From Takakia lepidozioides (Eukaryota; Plantae; Bryophyta), in NCBI GenBank assembly GCA_030704615.1, contig CM060733.1:57040001-57104000 (forward strand): a DNA stretch of 64,000 nt. The letters run 5' to 3'. The position numbers were made by a program, and so were the translations under genes. A model generated the notes under the pieces. That model was not told the origin of the DNA. It ran no database searches and saw only the letters and a program-made list of their open reading frames with translations. Shown here piece after piece: positions 50,111 to 62,791 of the stretch (the first letter of the stretch is position 1; each line of letters starts with the position of its first letter).

Positions 50111-50312
50111 CCATCATACCCTTTTGTAATCAGTGTATGGAACCCCTCTACCCAACATACACTTTGTGAACAGAGTATGGGCCCCCTCTGCCCAACATAC
50201 GTTTTGTGAACAATGTATGGGCTCCCTCTGCCCTACCATACTCTTTTGTTAACAAGGTATGGATACAAGTGGAGAGACTTTGCCTACCATACGTGTTTAT
50301 TAAAAGTGTATG
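50111..50312. repeat. ~40-bp tandem repeat, 5 copies, each with a catac...gtatg stem
   Basis: cccaacatac(N~14)gtatgggc(c/t)ccctctg units at 50111, 50151, 50191, 50231 and ~50282. Confidence 0.85.
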
Positions 50313-50339
50313 ACATCTAGGGTGTATCTGGAGGAGTAT

Positions 50340-50613
50340 TGCCTTTGGGGGTCCTTTGAGGAGCTTTTGTAAGACACTTGAAGAGCTCTTGAAGGGGTCT
50401 CTAGAGGACTATTTGGAGGACTATTGGCAGGATCCAGCATTGATGTCAGATAACAAAAGACCTAAAGCTGGGGAGATTTTTGACAGGGAAAAATGCGAGA
50501 AGATGGAGGAGAGGCTCACGAAGGAATACAATGATGTATTTCCATTCGGATTCGAGAGTACCTTCCTTGTGAAGGTTTCCATGATGGAACTAGCTCCAAG
50601 GAGCATGGTTTAC
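50340..50613 (+). other. Unidentified coding fragment, possibly the start of a second CACTA ORF
   Basis: Open frame ...EYNDVFPFGFESTFLVKVSMMELAPRSMVY, same strand as TnpD, truncated at the junction with the C5-MTase. Confidence 0.3.
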
Positions 50614-51745
50614 TGTCCCAAATCAACCCAGGACCATTGTCTCGAAAAGCATGGGACGAGGGAAAGCTCATGAGCGTAGGCAAGGCCGCACGTGGCTGCC
50701 CCACTCGATTTACCACCTAGAGGTGGACGGTCATCATGTCCGCAACCCTCTGTGGTTGCCTCCCTTGGTCCAAAATGCCCTCAACGGTGAAATTGGGTGG
50801 CCGTTGAATGGAATCGTATGCTCTCTTGAGCAGCTCTGGTGGTGCAAGATTGGTCCACCATAATCGAGGTCGATGCGCTCGTGATCCCACCGCTGTTGCA
50901 TCCAATAGCACCGCCGATCCAATCCAAGACCGCACCTGATGCACACTTGGCCATAACCTGGCCCGAGAGTCCCCCATAAGAGGAACATTCTCCAAGATAT
51001 AGGCTAGAGGTTGCACTTGCCTCGTCTGCAAGTCACGCAACACTCTCAACATCTCCCAAAACAAATGCGATCATGCATCATGCAAGCCATTCCCATGACC
51101 TGCGGGAGAGTGTCCTTGGCAAGGCCATCCAGCTATCACCTAGTCAATGGCACCATGCCGGTCCAAATCATCCGCCCCCAGTAAGGTAATGTCTGTTGGC
51201 AAGGCCTTTTGATACCCTTGAATTGCTGAGAGAGGCAACAACTCAGGATACCGATGTGTGAGCAAGACGATGTGGCGCATAGAAATACGCCAAGCTATCT
51301 CATCCTTCTCCACATACAAGTACTTGCATACTTTAATTCCAACTTGCAACACTCCTGCAAGCCCAGTGCTCATGCCTCCAAACAGGTCTAGCAAACAAAT
51401 CCCTAAGTCAGGTGGTTGCCAGGTAATGGGCACTGTATCCAAAGGAACTAACTGAGGAGGTCCAGGTGATGTCACTGAACTCCCCTCACTCACCAATGGA
51501 TAGGCCTCCTGCCATGCTTGGTGCACACACTCGCATGTTACTCGATGCAAATTCCTAACAGTACCCCACAGTGGAATATTAACAGACACATGAGGAAGCA
51601 AATCAGCCTTGTATGCCAATTGTTTGTCCTCATCGGGTGGTGGCCTATCATCCGCATGGCCATTGCCATCCAAGAGTTCACCACCCCAAGCCACCACCCC
51701 TGAGAATGCAGCCAATGTGGGCATCATGTTCATATGATCCACCGC
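50614..51745 (-). pseudogene. C5-cytosine DNA methyltransferase, intronless, retrotransposon-type, with in-frame stops
   Basis: One frame gives motif I LLDLFGGMSTG, II YVEKD, III DI, IV ID*VIAGWPCQG, V *SHLFWE, VI ILENV, VIII AHRPRLWWTN, and TRD ..LPTLMSF. Stops at 51140, 51071 and 50717. Motifs IX-X are cut off at ~50614. Confidence 0.88.
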
Positions 51746-53389
51746 TACATTCCCAATGTTGAAAAACTAAACTACTCTATGGTTTTTCTTGATCCTGCCT
51801 CTTTCCTTCTTTTATGACAGCCGGGTTTATGATGGCTTGTGTGAGAGACACCATCTGTTTTCCAGGCACTAGTTTGCTTTGCTTACCTTATGGTAGTTGG
51901 AAACAATTTGAGAGGTTGCAAGGAACTGTTTGTTGCAGCTATTCTGGTACCCATGTTGACCCCTGTTATGTTCCAACCCGATGGCTTTGTTAGCTAAATG
52001 CTTAGGCCAGGGTATGGTGAAGATTCTGCCTGTGGATATTCGGCTGACAATGAAATATGGCAGCAATATATAACTGAGGCAGCCAGGGTGGTCAAGTGGA
52101 AATACCCCCTGGACATGGTGTAATGACATGGTCAAATGTGGAATGATGTGAAGGGTGTACTGACAGTATCATATACTGTCACAGGATGTGTATGCAGTCA
52201 TTTATCTTTACCTTGTTGTGTCATGAACTTTGATTTTCAGCTCTAGCAAGAAATAAAGGTATAGGGGTAGTCTGGAAAACTTACCAGATATATCCACCTT
52301 CCCTGTGGGGGCAAGATGTGCTGCAGACTAGTCTAAACCAATACTAGCAGGGCAAGGTATTTAAAATATGTGATGTCCAAGTGTTCTTTTTGTTCTCTCT
52401 GATTTCTTAAAAAAACCCTCCATGACACACATGGGGTTTGAATAAGTATGCTTGGATTACAGTTTGCGGACAGTAAATCTGTATGACCATTTGACCTGCA
52501 ACACATCAAGGCCAAAATATGGCCAAGTACCCGCCATCCCACCCAGACCTCTGAATGTATATCCCTGATCATGACTGGGGGTCAATCAGCATCAGTGGCA
52601 TACTCTTTGGGTTATGAATAATACTGACATGACACATTACTGTGCATGGAACCCTATTTTAACTAATTCTGGACTTTTGGCTTAAATCCGGACCAAACTT
52701 AATATGTATTTGAATTAAAATTAATTCAAAATTTGTTAATAATATCTTGGATAGTAATGTGTGATTGAACTTTGTGAAATTACAAGTGATGTCATACTTG
52801 CTTCAAAATGTAACATATAAGATGTCCATTTGACATTGAAGTGCTTGTGAAGTTGCAGTGTAACTCAACAATTCATTGAACGTCGACTGGGAAGTCGAAT
52901 GATGTAATATTACATTATGTTACAATCACGATAAACAAATGTGTCGAATCGAACATGGGATAGACTCATAGTACTCTACCATACTTGATATAAGATGATG
53001 GTAATTTTGATTGAATCTTCATGTTGACAAGCACAATATTCATAGACAATGCCATTGGAATGATGTTTTGGGTGTGAGAAGGGTAGTAAAATATTAAAAT
53101 AGTGTGAACATTAGGAAGATGACCTACTAGGGCAGTAAAATAAGGTTTGGGGTGTAACTAGATATATTAAGTGCAATAAGGTCCAAGTTTGTGGTGACTC
53201 GGAGAAGGGTTTAGGGTTTTAAAGGGTTTAGGATAGAAAGAGAGAAACAAATATGGACGACTCTAAACCTCTGTAGAATGTAAAAATGTAAGGGGAATTT
53301 GATATCCATGTAATCATTCTATCATACGTTATCCAACTTGAAAATTAAAGAAAACATTAAGAGAATGATACAAAATTTACAAGAGGTAA

Positions 53390-54345
53390 CATGGTAGTAC
53401 AATAAGGTTTGGAGTTTATTATAAGTAGGATACTACATTAAGGTTTTTGGTATATGGTAAAAGTAATGGTTTAGGGTGCTAAGGTCACGCTTAAGCTTGG
53501 GTAAAGGATTATTAAGGGAAGGGTAAAGGGAAGGGTAAGGGTTTAGGGTTTGGATTTAGGGTAGAAAGGGACAAACAAATATGGAAGACTCACACATGGT
53601 AGTACAATAACTTGGTTTGGAGTGTAAGTAGGGTAGTTACACACTAACCTGGTTTTTGGTATATTATGGTAAGAGTACTAATGGTTTAGGGTAGTAAGTG
53701 TCAGGCTTAAGCTTAGGGTAAGGATTAAGGGAAGGGTAAAGGGAAGGGTAAGGGTTTAGGGTTTGGATTTAGGGTAGAAAGGGACAAACAAATATGGAAG
53801 ACTCACACATGGTAGTACAATAACTTGGTTTGGAGTGTAAGTAGGGTAGTTACACACTAACCTGGTTTTTGGTATATTATGGTAAGAGTATTAATGGTTT
53901 AGGGTAGTAAGTGTCAGGCTTAAGTTTAGAGTAAGGATTAAGGCCAGGGTAAAGGAATGGTTAAGGATTTAGGGTTTGGATTTAGGGTAGTTCAAAGGGA
54001 CAAATAAATATAGAAGACTCACACATGGTAGTACAATAACTTGGTTTGGAGTGTAAGTAGGGTAGTACACTAACCTGGTTTTTGGTATATGGTAAGAGTA
54101 ATGGTTTAAGGTAGTAAGTGTCAGGCTTAATCTTAGGGTAAGGATTAAGGCCTGGGTAAGGGTTTAGGGTTTGGATTTATGGGAGTACACAAAGGTTTTT
54201 GGTATATGGTAAGAGTAATAGTTTAGGGTACTAAGTGTCCGGCTTAAGCCTATGGAAGGGTTAAGGGAAGGGTAAAACGAAGGGTAAGGATTTAGAGGTG
54301 ATGGTAAAGGTATAAATGGACAAACAAATATAGAAGACTCGCACT
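53390..54345 (+). repeat. ~213-bp G-rich tandem repeat with TTTAGGG units, ~4 copies
   Basis: ttaagggaagggtaaagggaagggtaagggtttagggtttggatttaggg... units at ~53512, 53725, 53938 and 54146. Confidence 0.92.
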
Positions 54346-54711
54346 CACTAGAACGAGACATTGCAAAAAAACATTTAGACCGGATTGGAAAAGAAAGAAT
54401 CCAGGGGTTGTGCCAGCATTTGTTTTTTGGGTACATTGTCTATTTTGTAAGCCATAATCCCCCATGTCACAAATATATGTAGATGAACAGAATGTACAGC
54501 AGTGCAGAGTCCAACACAGCAAAAAGAAAATAGATGAACGTCCACTGCCCACTCGAGGTGCATTGCGACAGAAAAAGAAGACAGGAAGGATCACCCAAAG
54601 CAAACACGAAGGGAAGAAGCGTAAAGAAATTTTTATATCTTAAAATGAAAGACCGGAAATAACCTCAACATTTAGTCCATGGATGGAAAATGGTTCGCAA
54701 GAAGGAAACCT

Positions 54712-57700
54712 TTAGGTATCTGGCTGAAGGTTAGCAACCTCCAAATTCGCGCGCGCCTTCACTGCTTCCACCGCTGTAATTCTCTTAGTGCTATTTCTTG
54801 TCGTATTTTTTTGTGGCGGCATTGTCCACACGACATTGTTCACGTGGATCCATTGAGCAGGATTTGACGGGTTGTACTCCCAAACTTTTGACCAACAGTC
54901 CCTGTACCTCTCAAAGTCTGAGGGGTTACCTCCTTTCTTCGGTCTCCACCACTCCACCTTCACTTTCTTAAAATTAGGATCTTCTCTTTCTCGGATGTCA
55001 TCTGAAATTGCCATTCCCATCCAGACCGGGCACGCCATTGGGTCATGAGGGCGAACGAGCACAAAAAACCCTTCTCAATATCCTTGAACGGATTCAAGGG
55101 TATCCTTGGACGCTCACACCTAGGGCCACAGTAAGGTTCTGGAACTTCATCCTCATCTTCCATATCTTCCAGTATCTGTGGCTGGATGCCATCCTTCCGA
55201 TGGTTTGAGGACCAATTTGTTTTCGGCCAAAATCCCTCAAGAAGCTGAATACGATCCGGAATGTCCTGCATTGGCTTATCAAGTTTGGCGAGAATATTTC
55301 CCCAGTATTGGTCATATTGTTCCATCACACCCCGGTAATGATCGTCAAGCAACATTCCTTTGGTCCAAAAATCTTTGTATTTCTTAATACCACTTTTTAT
55401 GAATGACTGTTTTTCTGAGGAGTCGTCCCCGACTCCCCATATCGGTCTTCTTGGAACGGCATCTGGTTCTCCTTCAGGGAGATATGGAGTCCCATCAGGA
55501 TTGGACTTCCACATCTTAACGCTGGAGTTTGTAGGAAGCCACTCCGAATCAGTAGCTGACTTCTTGTACTTCATAACGGGCCAGCCATCCGCATCCTTAA
55601 AAAATCAAAAGACGTGCATCTCTGAAATCCCGACCAAAGCCTTCTTTCCATCATGAATACAACCCTTAACAAACTTCTTGAAGTCAGGACCCTCCTGTGT
55701 GATTTGAGGAATGAATTGCATATCTTGGGAGATCATGAATGACCTCATCAAATCCGGAAGAATGTAGGTGCTGCGTTCCTTTAGTTTCTTCAAGAGATAG
55801 CTAAAGAATCCGTCAATATCCTCATGGGTGTGCCCGACCATGAGAAAACCAAGCTGGATCTCTTCAAAGACATCTTTGGCAGTGAGGAGGGATAGGAAAG
55901 CAAGCATCCATCTGTTCTTATTGTCCTTGGAGAAGTTGTCCATCTGCAAATAAAGTCGTCTAGGAAGTGGTCGAGCACCACGTTTATCGTGCGGCCTACA
56001 GTGTTTCAGAGCCTCCAAACATCTCGATTTACCTCTCATGAGCGTTTCAAAAAAATCATTTTGAACTTCAGTGTCGAAAATGTTCTTGGATTCCCGACAT
56101 GTCAGCTTTTCGAGTTGGCGCAGGCACCGAGCCAGCGACCCAATTGTGAAGTTTGAATTGCTTTTCCATAACTCAAGGGAAAATTGAGCGTAAGCTCCAT
56201 CTCCGTGTCCGTGCGTAACCATTCCTGTCAATGAGACAAACAACTGACCCAATCCGGAGACCATCTTGTTCGTCGTCTGTAGCCTCGGAATAGCCGTTTT
56301 CCTATGATCCATCTTATCATGAATAATACATAGGAACTCCTCCGGAACCATAACGGACTCATTCCTCCAGCTATGGTACAGCCTTCTGCATGACTCTTGA
56401 TGCCTCAAGTGCAAATCAAGCGCCCGCTTATGTGCGACCTGTTCGGAACTCCTCTTAATCGACTTCTTGATCAAGTCCTTAAACATCTCACATTTTGTGC
56501 ACTTAGCAAAGGTGCTTCCTATTTTCCGAACCTCCACGTTAGGAAATATTCGATTCCGTATACGGCTTATAGCTGGCTACGAGACTCCTTTCAAACCGAG
56601 CAGTCTGTTTGTCTGCACCCCAACTCCCCAACAATGTCAACGTCCACTGGGCAGTGGAGGTTCTACAAAGTGGAAAAACAAGAAATCATGATGGCATCAA
56701 AAAGAATAAAATCATCCACAATATTTTGAAAAACGAAAGGGGACAACGAATAAAAGTCACCTCGTTGGACTCCTCTCAAATTCTCTTCCAGTTCAATTTG
56801 GGTAGCAAAATTCTCAAAGTATCCCGACGTCCCTCTCCAATGCAACGTGTTTTGTGAGGCATAAGGTCAGTATTGGCATTGATAATGGACATAATGTTCC
56901 CCTCTGCCTGGAGTGTCCCTGGTTGCGGCCGCTTGACGCCACGATTTCCGTGGAAAGATGACAAACGGCCCTCTTTACTGAGCTTTTTGTACTCCATGTA
57001 AGTTGACCTTCCAATTCCATGTATTATCCACCATGCTTTCTCACAAACATCAACACCTTCTATCGTAACATACGACCTGCGCGATGACTCATCCATAATG
57101 TGAAGTCGTTTTGAAACATTCAATCCAAGTTCTCTCATCTCATCAAATGACGAACCCCAAAATGCAGTACGAATTGCCAAGGTTTTTCTCCAATCAAAAT
57201 ACTGGCAGCACTGAAGCTTGCAGCAAGGTTTGCTGCTCACCGACCTCACTTCATCCAAAGTAAGATTTTTCTCGCACTTTTTTGAGTTCTCCATATTGGA
57301 TGGATTTTTCTTCCTAGTAAAATGCCTGTATGTTGCTTTTAATACGCCTGTACCATGGTCGTCATTCTCCATGTCATTGCATGATCGTAGGAAATTTTCG
57401 AAATCAACGGAGAGTATCCGGCCATTTTCAAGAAGTCTTGTTTTTGTTAACGGCCATTTCACAATCGACATCAGTGAACCGGACTCTCCAGAGATTGTTC
57501 TGGTGACCAGAACCCCAACATCGTCCTCTCCGAGTTTGTCATTTAGAATGGTCTCGTTAGGAATGCATGCTTGAATTCGGCCTTCGAACAGGGCGTTTCC
57601 ATCCTCCCCAAGAAGAAGAAACTGCAAGTTTCTCCAACATTCTCTCCCCAGACTTGCAGGCAGATCCCCCCCAGTCTCACCGTTGGACGGAATATCATTG

Positions 57701-58049
57701 CTTTCAGTGCTCTGTCCTATATAATCACTACCTTCTGTGATGGAATGACATCCTGGGTTTCTCGGGGATGATGAATCCACAGTTTCATGCGTGCGAACAC
57801 ATGACACGTCCCACATAACTGGAGTCCCAACCGCCTCCTTCAATGTGTCAGCATCCATGTGTCGATAAGGCAGAGGACAGGAGCCGAATGCGTCATCACA
57901 AGATCGGGGTAATTGAAATGGTCGACGAACACAAGTGGTGTCCGTGGTAAGTTCCATCCCCAAAAACATTCAGGCAATCTCCTGAGGCAACAACTGAAGG
58001 AGATCCAGGAAGCGACAGAAACACCCTTTGGCCTACTTGGAACCCCATG
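54712..58049 (-). pseudogene. Sola-like (DUF7869-type) transposase with intron 56760-56613
   Basis: CCKLQCC...VCEKAW..IHG N-terminus, FAKCTKC, IIHDKMD, LQMDN..KDNKNR, FLMVGHTHEDIDGFFS core and a Trp-rich C-terminal domain. A GT-AG intron restores the frame; several stops and frameshifts remain. Confidence 0.8.
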
Positions 58050-60278
58050 AAGTTAGTAACCTCCACTAGGCAGTGGAGGTCCAGTAAAATCCTAATATTG
58101 GACTGAAGATTAACTGAAGGAAAGAATGACTTGCCACTGAAAGGAGAAACTTTAAGTATAATTTTTTCGACGGTTTTGAATGAGAAAACAATATGGATTG
58201 AAAAAATAAAGTCAATGTTTGGATCTACACTGGTACTGATAAAAAACAATTGGAATTAAATTGGAGTATAAGGGCGGAGTATAGACTACATCTATTGGAA
58301 CTGTCAGTTGAAAGTCACAATTGCCAACCTCCACTGGGCAGTGGAGGTTGGATGATATCTGTTGATGAAATAAACCACATGGATGAACAATGGATAATGA
58401 AGAAGCCCTCTGTGGATGACAAAGTGATTCTATGGATGGATGAATAATAATGTGGGGATTGCCCAGTGGAGGTTTGGGAGTAACTTTAGACAAACAAAAG
58501 CAAGTTTAGCTAGTGCACATGGAGAGTACACAAAAAATTGAGTATCATACTATCCTACGTGAGAAATGTGCAGTTGACACCTGAGACTAAGGAAGCAGGG
58601 AGAGACTCAGAGGCTGCTTCAGAAGTACCCTATGGGCAGAGTGGTGCATGACAGGCAAAGAGGTACACGTTGTCCAGAGAGGTGCAGGATGTCCAGAGAG
58701 GTTCGTGAGAGAAAAGAAGCAAGTGAGAGGTTCAAAGTGGGAAGTTGGTGTTGTGTTTATTCGGACGTTATATAGAGGTGACATGTCACTTTCATCTTTG
58801 AATCACTCCAATGGCAGTGTGGTATGCTTTCTCTCCCGGATCGATTGTGGCCACCGTGGATTAAGGCGGAATCGAACGGCTTATTTCAACTTGCGAAATC
58901 TCGGCTTCATTGAAAGTGTGCACAATTTTCCATTTATTGACAGCAGTCATTGTCACATTAATTATGGAACAAACGATAACGGCCGCGATCAGACTGAATT
59001 CTATCGTACTTGTACGTTAGTAGGGCTACAAGTCTGGCATCATTATCGTGCGGCTCTGACAGCAGACTCTGGAATAAGCGTGAAGGATGTCAATTCTGAC
59101 AAGTGGCCTGGAGAAATGAAGTCAGGCGGCTAATCGCCACAACTAATTTGGGACTGCACATCAACAATCGATCATTATAATTAGCTGGGAGGAATCCGGA
59201 GGTGAACCATAAAGCACTTTGAGATTGTTCTGTTTATATTTATCGTGCTGTTACAGTGAATAAAACACTTGGGCAGGGCGGGGCATTACATGCCGGCGCA
59301 TTGCATTGGACAGCGAGGGCGGTGCATTACAGGTGTGCGGAATGCTCTGTCGTGCCTTGCTTGCTTGCCATGTTTAAAGTAGGGATGGACTCCTCGTGTC
59401 GGGTATCCCTCGATAAATGGGCAGTCCCTATGGTGGCTCTGGACCTTAAATCGAGGAATGCCCGACACGAGGGGCCATCTACTATCCTTAAAGTCGTATG
59501 TTTGTCAGGGAATATTGATGCCTGGAGGCTAACAGCCGAAAGTAATTGTAGACGGCTCAATATGAGACAATGATTATACAGTGTGACAAATCCGTAGGTA
59601 CAGCGTTGTGTCCTCTGGCAGATTGAGTTCGAAACGACTGCTTAGGCGTGTCACGTGGGTGGTCACATGTGCGTTTGGGGCGTGGGTTAAAGTTTGTTGG
59701 CTTCGAATCTATTTTAAGATTTTTGTAAGCGTGAGTGCGGTCATCTCTTTCTGGATGTGACTCTCAACACCCTTTGCTGTCCTTCTCTCCTCAGGGGTAG
59801 AGCTGTAGTACTCCAGTTTGCCACGCTCTTCTGCATCTACAATGTCTTGCTGCAAGGGAATGCACGAGAGTTGCATCAACCCAAGGGCAAGGGAAACAAA
59901 CAGAAACAAACATGTGGAAGCACGAATATCGAAAGGCTAGATGATGGAAGATGTATCTCACCGCGTACATATACTCCATGAAAGCTTTCGGGTCAACAAG
60001 TACCACGTTTCTGATGTCTTGGAGCTTTCGCACTTCTTGTACGTCTCTGCTGAAAGGATGGTCTTGAAGTTGGTCAAGGGCATCTGCCCGATCCTTTGTA
60101 TCCTGTATAGTGTGTGAACCAGACTCGTTTTGACATGCGATGTCTCCGTCCCTCTGTAGAATGATGTGTGAAAGTCAGAATGAAATTCAAGGACCGTCAA
60201 CAGAGGACTGGAACCAAAGAACCACGGAACCACAAGTGGAACATGTAGAATGAGAAACCAACCTGTTCACATTATTCA

Positions 60279-61955
60279 TTACTGTGGAAGCCTTGTCTGT
60301 CGACTTGCTTCCCCTCTTTGTGGATCAAAATCCACATCTGCTCCTCTTGGCTCAGGAGCACGCGTTGCTGCTTGAGTGACAGCAGCTGCAGAGTTCACAT
60401 GTAATGGTCCTGCAAGTGCGGCTCCACACATGAAACCCATACCAATCTGGTCTTCCCTAGGCATAGGAGGTTGTGCAGGTGGGGCTTGAACCTCAGGCCT
60501 TGGAGCTGGCGCAACATGAGTAGTGGCCATGGTAGCAAGACGTTGCTCTAGCTGGGCAAGCCTATCTACCATGCCTTGGTCATGACCTTGACCATGACCC
60601 TGTGCTCCTTGGATTTGGTTATGACCTCCACCACGACCTATGCCTCCTCTACCTCTCTGGACTACATTACCTCGTCCTCGGCCACCATTGTTCCCTTGGA
60701 ACTGGCCTGGCCGTAGCTCAGGATGCAAGTCATAACAATGGGCCTCTTCATGCCCATACTTGCCACAATGCCCACATTGTAGTTGTGTAGGTGGTGCCTG
60801 TGCCGGCCCTTTGCCTCTCTCCGGGCAATCTCTCTTAACATAGGGTCCTCCACAATCCCAACATGTCACACCCGACTGTTGTTGGCCTAAGAATGAAGGA
60901 AGTGACCTCTGCAATTGAGATCCTCTCGGCCCTTCCCTGGGCTTCGCCTGAGCCCCCTTGTTGCTTTGAGCACGTTGGGGTAGTGGTTGTTGTTGGCCAG
61001 AAGGCCCACTTCGTTGTGTCTCCTTACCAAACCCCATCATGACCACTCGCTCCTCCACCATATTGAGCTCTATCCGCTCTGCCAACAAAAACACATTTGC
61101 TAAGGTGGGTTGGTCCACTTGTAGGAGAGTTGCATCCCGCACCCTTCTCCTCAGCTCCTTGTCCAGGATCCCATACCAGAACTGGACTGCTTGAGCTTTT
61201 GTAACCCCTTGGGTTATATTTATCAAGCGCCTCATGCGAGTGTAAGCCTCCCTCAAACTCTCAGTAGACCTTCGTTGGAACTCTTGCAAGCTTCGCAACT
61301 TCTCTGTCCTTATCCCTTGGTAGTTTCTCCTCAACTCCTCGAAGAACTCCACAATTGGGTTAAAGGCGGGCATGGGTATTGGTGCTGCAGCAAGAGCTTG
61401 GGTGGACTTCCCAGCTCCTGTTCCACTTGACGTCTCACTGCTGTTTGCAGTAGCTGCCGGTGTAGCTGCCGGTGTCACCACTGCCCTTGTGCCTCTAGTG
61501 ATGGAGACATAGTCAGGTGACCAATACACCCGCCATTCCTCAATCTCCACCTCATGTCCCCGCCTAAACTCATGGTAGTCATCCATGGGCGGCCCCTCAA
61601 GGTGCTGAAACAGCCCCTTCTACGCCATAAAAGGCGTAAACAGTTGTGGATTGCGCATCTGCTGCAAATCACACCAACTATCAAACTCCTGTATGAAATC
61701 ATCAAGCTCGATGGTGCCCACAGCTCCAGAGTACCGACGTGGCCCCTTGGTAGCTCCATACATTTCCTCCATCGTATCCCACAACAATGGCACGGAAATG
61801 GCTTGCACCCTTGGCGAGAATCCTCCTAACTCTGAGTCTGAACCTTCCTCAGAAGACACTGAAGGTGAAGGTGGCCTAAACCGCACACCTCGTCTTGTAT
61901 ACCCACTAGTATCGCTAGTGCTCGTACCGGCACTCTCCTCAGCAACTGGTGGCAC
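60279..61955 (-). mobile_element. Ty3/Gypsy-type gag with two zinc knuckles (one internal stop, 3' truncated)
   Basis: Capsid-like FQRRSTESLREAYTRMRRL...QFWYGI, knuckles CWDCGGPYVKRDC and CGHCGKYGHEEAHC. ORFs 61620..61955 and 60279..61586 are one frame with a TAG at 61620. Confidence 0.8.
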
Positions 61956-62791
61956 CTCCGTGATGAAAACTCACAACCACACCTGTTGTAAACCTGTCTC
62001 TAATCCCCCTTTCCACAAGGTAACCGGGTAGAGAACCTATTGCGGCTTATGGCTTAGACTACTAGGTTCGTAACATAACCCTGCATCTGCATCCACCGCA
62101 AACACTCATATGGTCTGCTGGTCATCAACCCAACCTCACCATAAGAGAAACAATGGTGGTCTGACTGGTCATCACCCCAGCCTCACCACCGACAGCATGC
62201 TCTAGGATTGGCCGGTGATCAAATCCAGACCAACCTCCTATGAAAACAAGCGCCCACACAAAACTGACATGGCGCACAGTCAAGCATGCAGGTGTGGGGG
62301 GGATCCAAACACAAGAAAATCAAGACAGTAACTCCCCCACACCAAAAAAAACACTCCATAGTGTCGCTCCTGCAAGGACACCCCAGCCCAAACCCGGACT
62401 GACTCTTGCCTCCACCTACGGAAAGGTTTTGGCCTACATAGAGGGTGGAAGACTACGAGGAAGAGAGACTAAAGCAATTCCTAATCCCAGAATGCTCTCA
62501 TCCCACTAGTCTCCCCCTATCTCTAAACGCTCTTGCTCATGACCAACAGACATAACTACCTTCCAGGGTCTCTCAAATAACTCTCCAAGAGCCCTCAAGA
62601 TGTCTCTCAAACAGTGAGGGGTCCTCTGATGAATGGACGGACACAGTTGATAAAATTGTTCCTATAATTCAAAACAGCCCTGATGAACTGGAGTATATTT
62701 CAATGGCTTATAACGCTCCCATTAGTTCTTTTGAGATTGTGGAAGCAATTGAACATTTAAACGGATATCAGCTGGTGGACCTGATGGCATA

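Larger units (their letters stand above)
52651..58500 (-). mobile_element. Sola-like DNA transposon, copy B (3' end defined, 5' end uncertain)
   Basis: End motif shared with 3081, G-rich tandem array, near-complete transposase gene. Confidence 0.75.

Noticed and set aside
50614-51745. Host DRM/CMT/MET1 gene or bacterial contamination
   Set aside because: No introns or accessory domains, and motif order is not permuted as in DRM. It is embedded among plant TEs and decayed by stops like its neighbours.
53200-54345. True telomere or chromosome-fusion site
   Set aside because: TTTAGGG units are dispersed inside longer repeat units and occur at the same position in both transposon copies.
59130-59200. 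Second TIR of Sola-like copy B (aactaatttgggact)
   Set aside because: Similar to the 52660 motif but in direct orientation. No convincing inverted match or TSD found.
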